Shown in pieces: positions 38,761 to 51,870 of a stretch of 64,000 nt of DNA. The translations under genes and the position numbers were made by a program. Every line of letters begins with the position of its first letter. Within the stretch, counting starts at the first letter, position 1. The notes under the pieces were generated by a model. The model saw only the letters and a program-made list of their open reading frames with translations. It searched no databases and was not told the DNA's origin. Origin of the DNA: Macrostomum lignano (taxonomy: Eukaryota); the NCBI GenBank assembly GCA_002269645.1, contig NIVC01000031.1, forward strand, positions 806,001 through 870,000, given 5' to 3'.

Positions 38761-39224
38761 AAAAAGGAAATGTCACCACTTTCCAGCAATAAAACTGCAA
38801 ACTTCAGATTCAGTACTACAAAATACTGGCTGACACAGAGAGCGAAGTGACTCATGCCAGCAATAAAACAATCAAAGTTCAGGCAAGACTAATAAGGAGC
38901 AGCGACTCCTGGGGGCAGTTTTAAGCAAACTAATGCAACAGCACTTTTCCCTCGGGGCTAATTAACTTGTTTTGGGTGGCCGCTGGACCTGCTATCGCAA
39001 TTCGCACTGCAAAGTGTCATTTAGCCTGCAAATCAAGTGACTCATTTATTTAGTGGAGGCAAACGCTTAAGACTAGCTAGGGGTCTGGCGGCAGGGCAAT
39101 GAAGCTGGCGTTGCTTTTTAGTGCCTGTAAGGTGTAAAGTGACATTTTTAATTGTAAAACTTGGCTTTTTTAGGGGAAATTATCTTGTCTGCTGTAGTAT
39201 GCTCTCGTCTCTCTATTTATCCGC

Positions 39225-40160
39225 CATCTCTCGCCTCTCCTCTCTCCTCTCTCCTCTCAGCTCTCTCCTTTCTCCTCTCTCCTCTCCCCTCTCTCCTCTC
39301 TCCACTTCCCTCTCCCTCTCTCTTCTCCCCTCTTCCCTCTCCTCTCTCTACTCTCTCCTCTCTCCTCTCCTCTCTTTCCTCTCCTCTCCCCCTCTCCTCT
39401 CAACTTCCCTCTCTCCTCTCCCTCTCCCTCTCCCTCTCCCTCTCCATCACCATCTCCCTCTTCCCTCTCTCCCCTCTCCTCTCTACTCTCTCTTCTCCCT
39501 CTCCCTCTCCATCACCATCTCCCTCTTCCCTCTCTCCCCTCTCCTCTCTACTCTCTCTTCTCCCCTCTTCCCTCTCCTCTCTCTACTCTCTCCTCTCTCC
39601 TCTCCTCTCAGCTCTCTTCTCTCTAATCTCCCCTCTTTCCTCTCCTCTCCCCTCTCTCCTCTCAACTTCCCTCTCTCCTCTCCCCTCTCTCCTTTCTCCT
39701 CTCTCTTCTCTCATCTCCCCTCTCCCCTCCCTCAACTTCCCTCTCTCCTCTCTCATCTCCCTCTCCCTCTTCCTCTTCCTCTCTCCTCTCCCCTCTCCCT
39801 CTTCCTCTTCCTCTCTCCTCTCCCCTCTCTCCTCTCAGCTCTCTCCTCTCTCATCTCCCCTCTCTCCTCTCCTCTCAGCTCTTTCCTCTCTCATCTCCCC
39901 TCTCTCCTCTCCTCTCAGCTCTTTCCTCTCTCATCTCCCCTCTCTCCTCTCCTCTCAGCTCTTTCCTCTCTCATCTCCCCTCTCTCCTCTCCTCTCAGCT
40001 CTTTCCTCTCCATCTCCCCTACGCGTATCTCCTCTCTCCTTTCAGCTCTCTTTTCTCTCATTTCCGCCCTCTGCTCTCGCTTTCTCATTCTTCAATCCTC
40101 ATCTCTCATTACTTATCTCTTGTCTCTCCTCTCTAATCTTTCATCTCTCCTCTCTTTTAT
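39225..40160. repeat. Pyrimidine-rich (CT) low-complexity tract
   Basis: Direct inspection. Source of spurious Leu/Ser/Pro ORFs 39121-40440 and 39161-40264. Confidence 0.93.
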
Positions 40161-40934
40161 ATCCCTTCTCGATGTCCCCCAGTCCTGCCCTCAGTTCATC
40201 AGTTCAGCTCCCTGTCCATCACCGATGCCTCATCACGTTCACCTTAAGCCCAGCTTCCTGTTAAGTCCGGAGCAGAGCCACGCCCGGCCTGCCTACAAAA
40301 TATTGGCATCTATTTTTAATGCAGAAAGAAAAAAGAGAAAATTAGGAAAGTTCATTCATCGCTTCACGGCTCAACCCCCTCCCGCCACCCAAATCCTTGG
40401 CAACCGGACAGACTTGTCGATGCTATGTTGTCAACTCTAATGGCTTTCAGGAGTTTCTCGCTCAGTCAGTCACTCGCTTTCTCTGTGACAATACTCCCGC
40501 AGAAATGCGTATTGCATCAATAGTTTAAAGGTGCTGCTAATGTTCTGAGTCGCTTGCTCCAGTGGGCACCAACTCTGCTTCAACCCCCCTCCCCCTACCT
40601 GTGTTAGCTGGCAAAGTTTTTTGTTCAAAGACATTCTTTTCACACGGGATGGGAAGCTATTTGGATGAAGTTGTATCCCTCTCCCTTCACTCTCTCTCTC
40701 TCTCTATCTAGTTTACTCTGTAGTTGCCATAATTTGTAAAGGCAACCGTGAAAGTTGGCTCAATTAGCTCGTAATACCAATTGGCTGAATTAATTCTCTT
40801 TTCAATATCATCTCAAATGTTATTGGACTTTACTTTCCTTGCATCAAGTTATTGATTTTTTGTATGGGATACTTAGTTGGCTATTGACTTACGATTGACT
40901 CGTATGATTGACTTAATGATAGGATGAAAAAAGA

Positions 40935-41430
40935 GAGGTGAGAAATTGAGGAGATAGGGGAGAGACGGAGAGTGGGAGAAAAGAAGAGAGGGGGGAGAGA
41001 AGGAAAGGAAGAGGGAAGGAGGGAGGGGAGAGAAGGAGAGAGGCGGAGAGAAGGAGTGAGGGGAGAGAAGGAGAGAGGGGAGAGAAGGAGAGAGGGGAGA
41101 GAAGGAGAGAGGGGAGAGAAGGAGAGAGGGGAGAGAAGGAGAGAGGGGAGCGAAGGAGAGAGGGGAGCGAAGGAGAGAGGGGAGAGAAGGAAAGAGGGGA
41201 GAGAAGGAGAGAGGGGAGAGAAGGAGAGAAGGGAGAGAAGGAGTGAGGGGAGAGAAGGAGAGAGGGGAGAGAAGGAGAGAGGGAGAGAAGGAGAGAGGGG
41301 AGAGAAGGAGGGAGGGGAGAGAAGGAGGGAGGGGAGAGAAGGAAAGAGGGGAGAGGAGGAGATAGGGGAGAGAAGGAGGGAGGGGAGAGAAGGAGAGAAG
41401 GGGAGAAGGAGGGGAGAGAAGGATTGGGGG
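40935..41430. repeat. Purine-rich (GA) tract (GAGAAGGAGAGAGGGGA)
   Basis: Direct inspection. Confidence 0.93.
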
Positions 41431-41532
41431 AGATAAGAAACACAGCAGCCAAATCAGCAACCGAATCTATTATCATCAGCAAGGCGAATTCGCATTCCTA
41501 ATCTTTACGACACCCCTGTCTCGCACGAGCAG

Positions 41533-41920
41533 GTGACAGTCCTGCCCTACACCAGTGAGGCGGCAGTTTACCTGCAGTCGCGGGTCAGTTCAGTCTGTCG
41601 TTACCGCTTCGGCCGCAACCGGGAGGTCTGGCGCGCGGACGGAGTTCCACGCGACATCCTGGTGTATGTTGAGTACAAAAAATCTGTACTGATGGATTTC
41701 GACTGTACAGAGAAGCTGGGCTTCAACTTAAACGAGTTTTTGCTGCTAAGAATTGAAGAGTCTGTAGAATCTTCTGCTTCTGGGGACGCGACTGCGGCAG
41801 CGGCTGCTTCAGCAAGGAAGCGTCGCCAGTTGCACCTGGGCGAAATTGCTACTAATATGAAACAGCGCCGAAGGCACCGGCCATCCGGGTTTCAGCCGCC
41901 TCTTGAGGACGCGAATGTGA
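41533..41920 (+). CDS. APCDD1: APCDD1-like, exon 3
   Basis: GAGCAG acceptor. ...LHLGEIATNMKQRRRHRPSGFQPPL matches human [25 protein letters not shown]. Donor GTGAGC at 41921 (phase 1) chosen to keep frame with exon 4; an alternative GTGAGT lies at 41917. Confidence 0.85.
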
Positions 41921-42049
41921 GTGAGCTGCTGGTGATGATGAATGACTTTGTGGCATCTATTGTATAGATAGTCAGTCATCTATGATTGAGATTCGATCTT
42001 AAGAATTAATCTCAAAATGAAAATTTTGAGATCTAGAAATTAAAATATG

Positions 42050-42580
42050 GTAGATCTAGAGAGGGACATAAAGTAGATCTATGGACCAGTTTGGGAGCCT
42101 ATATCTAGAAGCGTAAAAAAAAACAGATCTATAGACAGGAATAAGGTAGATCTATAGACAGGAATAGGATAGATCTACAGACAGGAATAGGGTCTATCTA
42201 TAGACAGGAAAGGGTAGAGCTATAGACAGGAATAGGGTAGATCTACGGACAGAATATGGTAGATCTATAGACAGGAATAGGGTAGATCTATAGACAGGAA
42301 TTGGGTAGATCTATAGAAAGGAATAAGGTAGATCTATAGACAGGAATTGGGTAGATTTACAGACAGGAACAGAAGAGATCTACAGACAGAAATAAGTAGA
42401 TCTACAGACAGGAATAGGGTAGATCTACAGACAGGAATAGGATAGATCTACAGACAGGAATAGGATAGATCTACAGACAGGAATAGGATAGATCTACAGA
42501 CAGGAATAGGGTAGATCTACAGACAGGAATAGGGTAGAGCTATAGACAAGAATATGGTTAGATCTACAGACAGGAATAAC
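42050..42580. repeat. ~22-bp minisatellite (GGAATAGGGTAGATCTACAGACA), APCDD1 intron 3
   Basis: Direct inspection. Confidence 0.92.
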
Positions 42581-42942
42581 CGCTAGACACAAAGATGTCA
42601 GTAAGTATTTGCCAAAACACAAACTAAAGCCAGATACAAAATAATGAATATCAATGCAGCACCCAGAAACTGAAACAGGCAATTATATTAGACGATGCGC
42701 AGAGAGCTGTTGGAGAGAAACCCGACCCTGTGAGAAAACAACAACTGTTATTTTTTAATCTGATAAGGGTATGGCGCAATTGTTGCCTGCGATGCCGCAG
42801 ACGGGTAAACCTGTCGTAAATTTCTAAGAATCTCTGCCATACAGAGTCAGATTTCTAAGTAAGGCAATTCTTAGAAAGCTTACTTACAAAGACAGGCCAT
42901 TTTAATAGAAATCCTATACTCCTAGCAGTTGCCAGTCCCGTA

Positions 42943-43100
42943 TGGGCCGCAGCCTGGTCTAGCCGCTGATGTGCCAGCGGCCCAGGCTCGATTCCAAGTG
43001 CAGTCACATTAAGTTGGGGCTGAATTGGATTCTCGGCTTGGCTCTGCTCGTGACCCAAGGCGCAGTGAAGTGTACATGCCTAACGATAATATAAAGTTAG
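42943..43100 (+). mobile_element. Possible tRNA-derived SINE head (different family)
   Basis: GGTCTAG D-loop-like motif, CCGCTG/CAGCGG stem and B-box-like GGCTCGATTCC. No second copy in the window. Confidence 0.3.
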
Positions 43101-44084
43101 GGCCGCTGTACATTCCTGTGTGAGTGTGTGCCTGCGTACGTATCCGCGCGCTTGTGTGCCTGCTCAGGGGGGAGTCGGCGGAACGGGCAGTAATGCCTCT
43201 CGCCGGTTGTGTGACAATGTCGCTTAAAGTGCGCCAGGGTGTACACAACCCCCCTACCTTAAAAAGGTGATATTGCTATCCCTAAAAAGCCGAACTTTGC
43301 CTGCAAGTTACTCGATGCGAAGTGAAATAAATTAAATTTTCTTAGAGAACGAAGCCTCTGCGAAGTACGAGGGTGTTTTAAATATTTAAATATTTAGATA
43401 TCTCATATTATACTTTTTAATAAATATTTTAAGCCAAGCTTGTTGTCTTTTTACTGACGTGATTTTCTTTCTTTCCTTTAAAAAAATCCATTGCGCATCT
43501 TAGCGACAAAAAACAAACGGCAAATTTTAACAAAAATTTCAGTTTCTTAAATTTCAGTAGCGCGAAGTTTGTCAGTCCGCTTGCTTTTATTACCAAAGAA
43601 AACAGGTCACGATTCTCCGACAGTATTTTCAATTGCGCAGTTTTAGTCGAAAGTCTTGCAAATATGAAGTTTGTGTCCGGTTCCACTGTGTTAGAAATTC
43701 GACACTTGAGGGTTTTAGATAGGTTAGACACCTGTGTAACAGTCTGTCTGTCAAATCGTCTGTTTCTCAGTTTCTGTTTCGTTTCCTGTCTCTTTTCGAT
43801 GTCTGTATCGGATGTATCAACCATCCAGGTGTTTTATACACTAGTTCAATTGTGAAGTATTTTTAGAAGTACACAGCTAATGAGTTGCAACACGTCTTAT
43901 AAAGGAGATAAATCACTTTCAAGTTCTTTTTTCAGAAAGTGTAAAACCGTTTATTCATTTCTTAGAAAGTGCGTAAGGGGACACAGGTACTCTTGGGTCT
44001 TGTTTCAAAGCACCCGGGGGTTCGATTCCCGGGCTTAGCTGAGGCTGGAGTTCATTCAAATGACGACGATTCAAATGAAATAGC

Positions 44085-44335
44085 ACCGATTAATAAAAAT
44101 GGCGTTGATTGAATAAAATGGCGCCAATTAAATAAAATGTCAACGACTTAAATAAAATAGCGCCAATTCAAATAAAATGGCGCCGATTCAAATGAAATGG
44201 TGCCGATTCAAATAAAATGGCGCCGATTTGAATAAAATGGCGCCGATTATAATAAAATGGCGCCAATTTAAATGAGCTGGCACCCGCACAAATAAAATAG
44301 CACCGATTACTATAAAATGGCGCCTATTAAAACGA
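44085..44335. repeat. 20-bp minisatellite (AAATAAAATGGCGCCGATTC)
   Basis: About 12 imperfect copies. Confidence 0.9.
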
Positions 44336-44436
44336 AAAATGCCACTCTTCAATTGATGCGTGTTAAAAACATCTCGAGCATTCTTGATACACCTAGACAT
44401 GCCAGCCAGCTGCGATCCTTACATTACTCTCTCCAG

Positions 44437-44923
44437 AACGACCGTGTCCCGGATGCTACCCGGTGCTCCACGCCAGCCTGAAAACTCCGCCAATACTTCT
44501 TCTGCAAACACTGCTGCCCGACTATCCGACCGGCGAATGGGTGTCCTCGGTGTGCGAGAGCCGGCCAGGAACACCTACGTGACTCGGCGCTTGGTTTTTG
44601 ATAACGACGCTGAGCAGCAGTGGACTGGCACGTACAACAACTTTCACGATCCATTGTGCAAGAGACCGTTCTTCAGTTTCACAGCCACCGGACGAGTGAT
44701 TTCCAGAGACATTGACGAGCACAATCCAGATGCTAGGCAGTTCGACTTCCTCATCACTGGCCTGTCAATCACGCCTAGAGATCAGCGCAGCCTGAACCAG
44801 ATGAACACTTACATTGGCTACGGCTGCGGCAGGACATCCTGGCGGATAAATCGAACTCAGGATGTCACCAACACAAACGGCTGCGATCATCTGCGACTGC
44901 ACGTGCCTACGAAGAGTGAGCAG
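44437..44923 (+). CDS. APCDD1: APCDD1-like, exon 4 (apparent 1-nt deletion at ~44568-44570)
   Basis: CTCTCCAG acceptor. One frame gives RPCPGCYPVLHASLKTPPIL...GEWVSSVCESRPG (human ACIAC...PPIL...GEWVSQRCEVRP). The -1 frame continues NTYVTRRLVF...WTGTYNNFHDPLCKRP...QDVTNTNGC. GTGAGT donor at 44924. Confidence 0.88.
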
Positions 44924-45245
44924 GTGAGTTGCCGGGTTCTCGCATTAATTTGGGGGTTCTGGAAGCTTTCATCTTTTTAGTAAATGAACTAGCCATCTGA
45001 GCCCCTCATTGGGGAGGCAACAAAGACTACATAGTAGGTTTTGACTTTTTGCAGTCATTTTCTTAACTTCCTCAGGAAAATGATGTTCCTTAGAAAAATT
45101 CTACTAACCGACATTAAACATATTAATAGATTAAACAGCTTTAGAGCTAGTGAGCATATATAACACAGTTTAAGGATATGCTAAACTACGAGGTAGCAAA
45201 GTAACAAACTGCCACTGCAATTATGACTGCAATCATGTCTCGTAG

Positions 45246-45578
45246 GTGATGATGATGTCGCTCAGAGACGGTCAAACCTGGTTGTACGTCGGCGGCATTC
45301 CCAACACGCTGGAGCCGATGCGGAAGGCCAAACGGCCGACCAGCTTTCAGCCTCCGCTGGTGCGCTGCGCCAACTCCCCGAGTCAGCGACAGCAACTGAT
45401 GCGACAGAAGCAACAGCAGCAGCAGCAGCAGCGGCAAACGTTTGGTTACAACTGGAACAAGCAACTGTCTGCCAATGGAAGAGAAGGCATTAGCGCCGCT
45501 GGAAGAACGGAGCCCGGTGCCTTATTGCTTCTAATAGTGCTATTCCTTTCTGATTTGATTCGTCAATCTACTTGCTGA
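45246..45578 (+). CDS. APCDD1: APCDD1-like, exon 5 (terminal; polyQ stalk and hydrophobic C-terminus)
   Basis: CGTAG acceptor. KRPTSFQPPLVRC matches human KRATSYQMPLVQC. QQQQQQQ from a CAG run. C-terminal ALLLLIVLFL. With one base restored the CDS is 1644 nt, 547 aa. Confidence 0.9.
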   Translation: MMMMSLRDGQTWLYVGGIPNTLEPMRKAKRPTSFQPPLVRCANSPSQRQQLMRQKQQQQQQQRQTFGYNWNKQLSANGREGISAAGRTEPGALLLLIVLFLSDLIRQSTC

Positions 45579-45664
45579 TGCTAGAACTGGGGCCGCTATT
45601 GCAGAACGTGACAAATTTACAGCGCCGGAAAATTTAAAAGTATAATATAGCTCGGACAGTACTT

Positions 45665-46030
45665 CTACAGCCCACCTCACTCCCTGTTTTTCCTACCCCT
45701 CAGTTCTGCAGCCACCTCACTCCCTGTCCTTTCTTTCCCTCAGTTCTGCAGCCACCTCACTCCCTGTCCTTTTCTACCCCTCAGTTCTGCAGCCACCTCA
45801 CTCTCTGTCCCTTTCTACAACCCCTCAGTTCCGCAGCCACCTCAGTCCCTGTCCCTTTCTACCCCTCAGTTCTGCAGCCACCTCACTCCCTGTCCCTCTC
45901 TACCCCTCAGTTCCGCAGCCACCTCACTCTCTGTCCCTTTCTACCCCTCAGTTCTGCAGCCACCTCACTCCCTGTCCCTCTCTACCCCTCAGTTCCGCAG
46001 CCACCTCACTCCCTGTCCCTTTCTACCCCT
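45665..46030. repeat. 41-bp minisatellite (TACCCCTCAGTTCTGCAGCCACCTCACTCCCTGTCCCTTTC), ~9 copies, probable APCDD1 3' UTR
   Basis: Unit starts at 45860, 45901 and 45942. The first AATAAA seen after the stop is at 46168. Confidence 0.92.
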
Positions 46031-47087
46031 AAGTTCTGCAGCCATTTCACTATCTGTTCTGTTCAACAGCTACCCCTCAAGCGAGAGTATACCCAGACAT
46101 TGAATTGAATATTGATTTCCAGCGGCTACTTCAACTTCTGAATGGCTAATAAGACAGCAATTATAAGAATAAAATGCAATAAAATTGTTCTTAATTCCTA
46201 GTACACAAATCTGTAATATTGCAATACATCATAGAGTATTGTGTGTTATGCAGTGTTAAACATGTGATTTACTCGTAGCAAAAGTGTTTAAATACTTTTT
46301 TATTTCCTCTATAATTTTTATACGCTCTCGTGCCATGCATGTTAGACCGATGCAACGAAAAATACGCAATTTCATGCCTAATTTCTGTAAAATATATTTA
46401 TAACTCACTTACGGCTGTTGTTGTTTTTTGTAGAAATCAAATAAAATAAGAATAATTTTCATTCAGAAAACATTTTTAATGGGTCTTCACCGTTATTTTA
46501 ACTAATTGATATCAGGTATAAACGTTACGTTGTAGCTTTGCATTTTACGAGTAAGTCTTCAGTCTAAAACCTTTGACTTTACTGCACATACATGATCGAT
46601 TGATCCATCGATCCGGCCTTTCCACTTGACTTTGTACACAGCTTGGTTAGTTTGCACAATGACACTCGTCGCCCAGACGTCAGCTCGGTCTTACGCGTAT
46701 TCAACCAGCTGCGATAAAGATTGGCTTTCTCGTGGCTAAGAATACAAACACTTGGACAAGGTAAACATTGTGTAAAGTGACAGGCGCGCACTCCCACACA
46801 CATTTGCTCTGCACCTGGTCCGACTCGAGCTTCAAGAGCTCAACACACCCCGGGGCCTTAGCAACAAGCGTTAATTATAAATCAGTGTACCCAGCCAGAC
46901 TAGTGTTTGACAGATATGCATGTATTCGATTTAAATTAACTTAGGGGGGTTTGAGATGCAGGATTGCAGGTGGTAATTAAAGCGCGACCTTGACAATTCC
47001 CTGTGTGGTTCCATTCAGTGCCGTGGTGCCACATTCATTTTGGGTCTCGTGCACCAAAATTAGCCCAATGAGGGTTGAGGGTATCTA

Positions 47088-47935
47088 AGGATTCAGTGAG
47101 GGAAATACTGGGTGCCGGGTGGGATTCAGTGTGGGAAACACTGGTTGGGGGATGGGATTCAGTGTGGGGAATACTGGGTGCCGGGTGGGATTCAGTGTTG
47201 GGAATACTGGATGGGGGATGTGATTCAGTGTTGGGAATACTGGGTGCCGGGTGGGATTCAGTGTTGGGAATACTGGATGGGGGATGTGATTCAGTGTGGG
47301 GAATACTGGGTGCCGGGTGGGATTCAGTGTTGGGAATACTGGATGGGGGATGTGATTCAGTGTTGGGAATACTGGGTGCCGGGTGGGATTCAGTGTGGGG
47401 AATACTGGATGGGGGATGGGATTCAGTGTGGGGAATACTGGGTGGGGTGGGATTCAGTGTAAGGAATACAGGATGGGGGATGGGATTCAGTGTGGTGAAT
47501 ACTGGATGGGGGATGGGATTCAATGTGGGGGAATACTGGATGGGGCATGGGATTCAGTGTGGTGAATACTGGATGGGGGATGCAATTCAGTGTGGGGAAT
47601 ATTGGTTGGGGATGGCCGGGGATTCAGTGTGGGGAATACTGGGTGGGGGATGGGATTCAATGTGGGGAATTCTGGGTGGGGATGGGATTCAATGTGGGGG
47701 AATACTGGATGGGGCATGGGATTCAGTGTGGTGAATACTGGATGGGGGATGCAATTCAGTGTGGGGAATATTGGTTGGGGGATGGCCGGGGATTCAGTGT
47801 GGGGAATACTGGGTGGGGGATGGGATTCAATGTGGGGAATTCTGGGTGGGGGATGGGATTTAGTGTGGGAATTCTGGGTGGGGGATGGGATTAGTGTGGG
47901 GAATTCTGGTTGGGGGATGGGATTCAGTGTGGGAA
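47088..47935. repeat. ~32-33-bp G-rich minisatellite (GGGATTCAGTGTGGGGAATACTGGATGGGGGAT)
   Basis: 11-aa periodic spurious ORFs. Several G3-G5 runs per unit. Confidence 0.93.
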
Positions 47936-48424
47936 GCTGCATGTATCGGAACTATTTCAACCTCTCTGACTTTACAAAGATTTCTCTAACGCGTCAGTAA
48001 ATTTACATGTTTATATCAGATGTGCAAATTACTCGCTGCCTGTGTTTATTATTTTATTTTCCCTGTTCAACGTAAACAGTTTAGATACCACACCATCAGA
48101 TGCAGATCCAAGCGCTGATCCAAGGAATTTTATTCATTTCCGACCGAGAAGTGGCGACTCTATATAATTAATCAATCATTTTGTACTGCACAGCCGGCGG
48201 AATCCTTATCAGAATTTTTTGGGGTTACGCACTGACTGCAATCTGTCAAATACGTTTATGCGCATTTTGCCAACCATGGACACCCACGCGGGGTTCAAAA
48301 AGCTGAAATGCTAGGGGATTTGCACAAGCAGTCACCGACTTGCGATTCGGTTCTAGGAAAAATTCTACTTTAAATGTAAATGAAAGTTCAAAGTAGCACA
48401 TTTTCTGCTGCTGGTAAAATGTCA

Positions 48425-49608
<1,184 letters not shown>

Positions 49609-50145
49609 CTCAAGTGAGTACCCGTCAAAGACAACAGCGCACTGCATGAGAAGCTGATGAGCTGCAATGGATCTGTTTCTACTAAAAGAAGAAGCCAGCA
49701 GCAATTTGCACGAAGCGACAGTCGCTCAGCGGGTGGAAAGGCAGCGTAGACCTCAAGATTGAAACAGAAAACAGTAGCTTGCAGTGCCTTTTTCTTTCGC
49801 ATATTTCTGGCCTGGCTGTCACTAAAGATGAATTCCATCTGCGCTGGTGATGCAGCAGTCATTTGCGAACCCAAGAAATTCGCCCTTGGCTCGCCCTTAC
49901 CCCCTGCAGTGCGCGAGAGTCTCCAATAAAGATGGCGACACGATATTGGCTAAGGCGAAGTTTCTGACCTCGGGCTTGGTCAATGTGTTTTTTCCTGCGA
50001 ACAAGAAACCTCATTGAAGCAAATTGAATAATTGACAGAATATGAGTGCACTTTGAAATGCAAATACTGCACCTACCTAACTGTTAGATGAGGAATGAAA
50101 CTGCAACGAATTGTCTAAGGGACTGCGTTTAACAGAGTTTGTGTC

Positions 50146-50385
50146 TAACAGCTCTAAAAGTTTGTGTCTAACAGGTTGAGCGCTGTGTCTAACAGGTTGG
50201 GTGCTGTGTCTAACAGGTTGCGTGCTGTGTCTAACAGGTTGTGTTCTGTGTCTAACAGGTTGGTTGCTGTGTCTAACAGGTTGGGTGCTGTGTCTAACAG
50301 GTTGCGTGCTGTGTCTAACAGGCTGAGTTCTGTGTCTAACATGTTGTGTGTTGTGTCTAACAGTTTGTTGGTTGCTGTGTCTAAG
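50146..50385. repeat. 21-bp minisatellite (GTGTCTAACAGGTTGGGTGCT); reverse complement of the 56053-57225 array
   Basis: About 11 copies. Confidence 0.93.
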
Positions 50386-50910
50386 ATATTGATACCAGTT
50401 TACACTGTACAGCCCAATATCAATCACATTGAGAATGTTTATCGAGCTAATGTTTTAGTTCGAATATCACCAAAGCAACCATAAAATGCTGAATAAATTT
50501 TATAGCTATTATAAATCCCAATAAATCCTGTCCCTATCCCATGGGAATGACATATGGGCCCTGCATCAGAGCTTGGAATCTCCCAGAATAAAGTGGTGTT
50601 GCCAGTTTCGTATCTACAGTGTGGCATAACTGCCATTCTGACGGATACTGATGGCTCTCACAGTGAGAAATTGCATACGTATTACGCAACTTGATGCAGC
50701 AGATATTATGATGATGGGAAATCCATTTTGTTGACGGAACTGTCTCTGAGGTTGCTCTGAGCGCAAAATTAGGACTGTATAGAAATGAGATATCCGTGAT
50801 CCGATGGTCAGTGTTAGATCATTTGCAGTCACTGCTTCTGTGATAAGTTTTCTCATTCTACAGAACAGATTTTATCTGTCTCTGGTCTTTTATGTCTTGA
50901 ATACAATCTC

Positions 50911-51215
50911 TGTAGCTTAGTGCATGGTTAGAGCGTCTGACTCGTGACTGAAAGGTCGCGGGTTCGATTCCCGATCCCACTGGAACAATTTGTGTCCTTG
51001 AGCAAGACACCTAACTCTGCATTGCTTCAGTTCACCCAGATGTAAAATGGGTGCCAGCATTAGCTGGGGTAATTGAGGGTGCGTGTGGCGACCCCCCAGT
51101 CCTTGGACTGAACAGCCGTACGCAGCCTTCAGATGCGCCGCGCAATAGCTGCGGCTGAGCTGTCGGTTGCACATCTGCCTATTAGGACAGGTGAAATCAA
51201 TTGTTATTATTATTT
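50911..51215 (+). mobile_element. tRNA-derived CORE-type SINE
   Basis: tRNA-like head with A-box region (TAGCTTAGTG...GG) and B-box GGTTCGATTCC. It is followed by TGTGTCCTTGAGCAAGACACCTAAC...CAGATGTAAAATGGG, resembling the CORE domain (MIR-type TGTGACCTTGGGCAAGTCACTTAAC...CATCTGTAAAATGGG). 3' end approximate. Confidence 0.78.
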
Positions 51216-51639
51216 TTTTATTATCTCTCCTTTGATCTCCAATCTCTGTAGAATCTAATCTCTATCAAATCTTATCTCTTTGAAATCTAATATACTCAAA
51301 TCTGATCTCTCTCTAATTTAATCTCTCTCGAGTCTGATCTCTTTTAAATCTAGAATCTGTCTCGAATCTCTTAATTTCTCTCTAATTTAATTCTGAAATC
51401 TCGTATATATCCGCAATTAAGATTTAAAATCTCTCCAATCTCTGAGCGTATCTGCCTCGGCTAGCTGTTTGGTTCCCGGCATCCCCTCGAAGATCTGCTA
51501 CGTCGCTGCGGGCTTGTTTGGGCTGCCTCTCTTTCCGTGAAGGAGGCCAGGACTGCCCGACTGCCAGAGGGCGGCATTAATTGTTCCAGGCGCTGGTCGA
51601 GACCTGGACGCTGACTGACTTACGAGTACACGAAGAACA

Positions 51640-51870
51640 ACAACTTTTGTTCTTGTTTTTTGTTATTATTCTTATTGTTGTTGTTATTATTGTTATACTT
51701 GTTGTTGCTTTTATTGTTGTTGTTGTTGTTGTTGATTTTGTTGCGATTGTTGTTGTTATAACTATATAGAGATAATTGTTATATTGTTTCTTTTGTTATT
51801 GTTGTTCTTGTTGTTGTTTTCTTTTTGTTGCTTGTGTTTTTGTTGGTCTTGTTGTTGTTTTTGCTGCTGC
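51640..51870. repeat. Degenerate (GTT)n tract
   Basis: Direct inspection. Confidence 0.85.

Noticed and set aside
39121-41482. Long Leu/Ser/Pro and Glu/Arg/Gly ORFs
   Set aside because: Translations of CT/GA low-complexity tracts.
41917-41922. Stronger-looking GTGAGT donor for APCDD1 exon 3
   Set aside because: Joined to the 44437 acceptor it gives a non-homologous frame that stops at ~44481. The 41921 donor preserves homology. Not excluded as a minor isoform or with an upstream acceptor.
43429-43855. 131-aa minus-strand ORF in APCDD1 intron 3
   Set aside because: No recognisable motifs, and AT-rich codon usage unlike the host exons.
46590-46730. Minus-strand peptide VYKVKWKG resembling a chromo/Tudor-like motif
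   Set aside because: Short, with an in-frame stop just upstream, lacks the downstream TWE-type motif, and has no supporting exons.
50911-50985. Functional tRNA gene
   Set aside because: The anticodon stem does not pair and the sequence continues into a CORE-like body shared with a second copy, so it is a SINE head.
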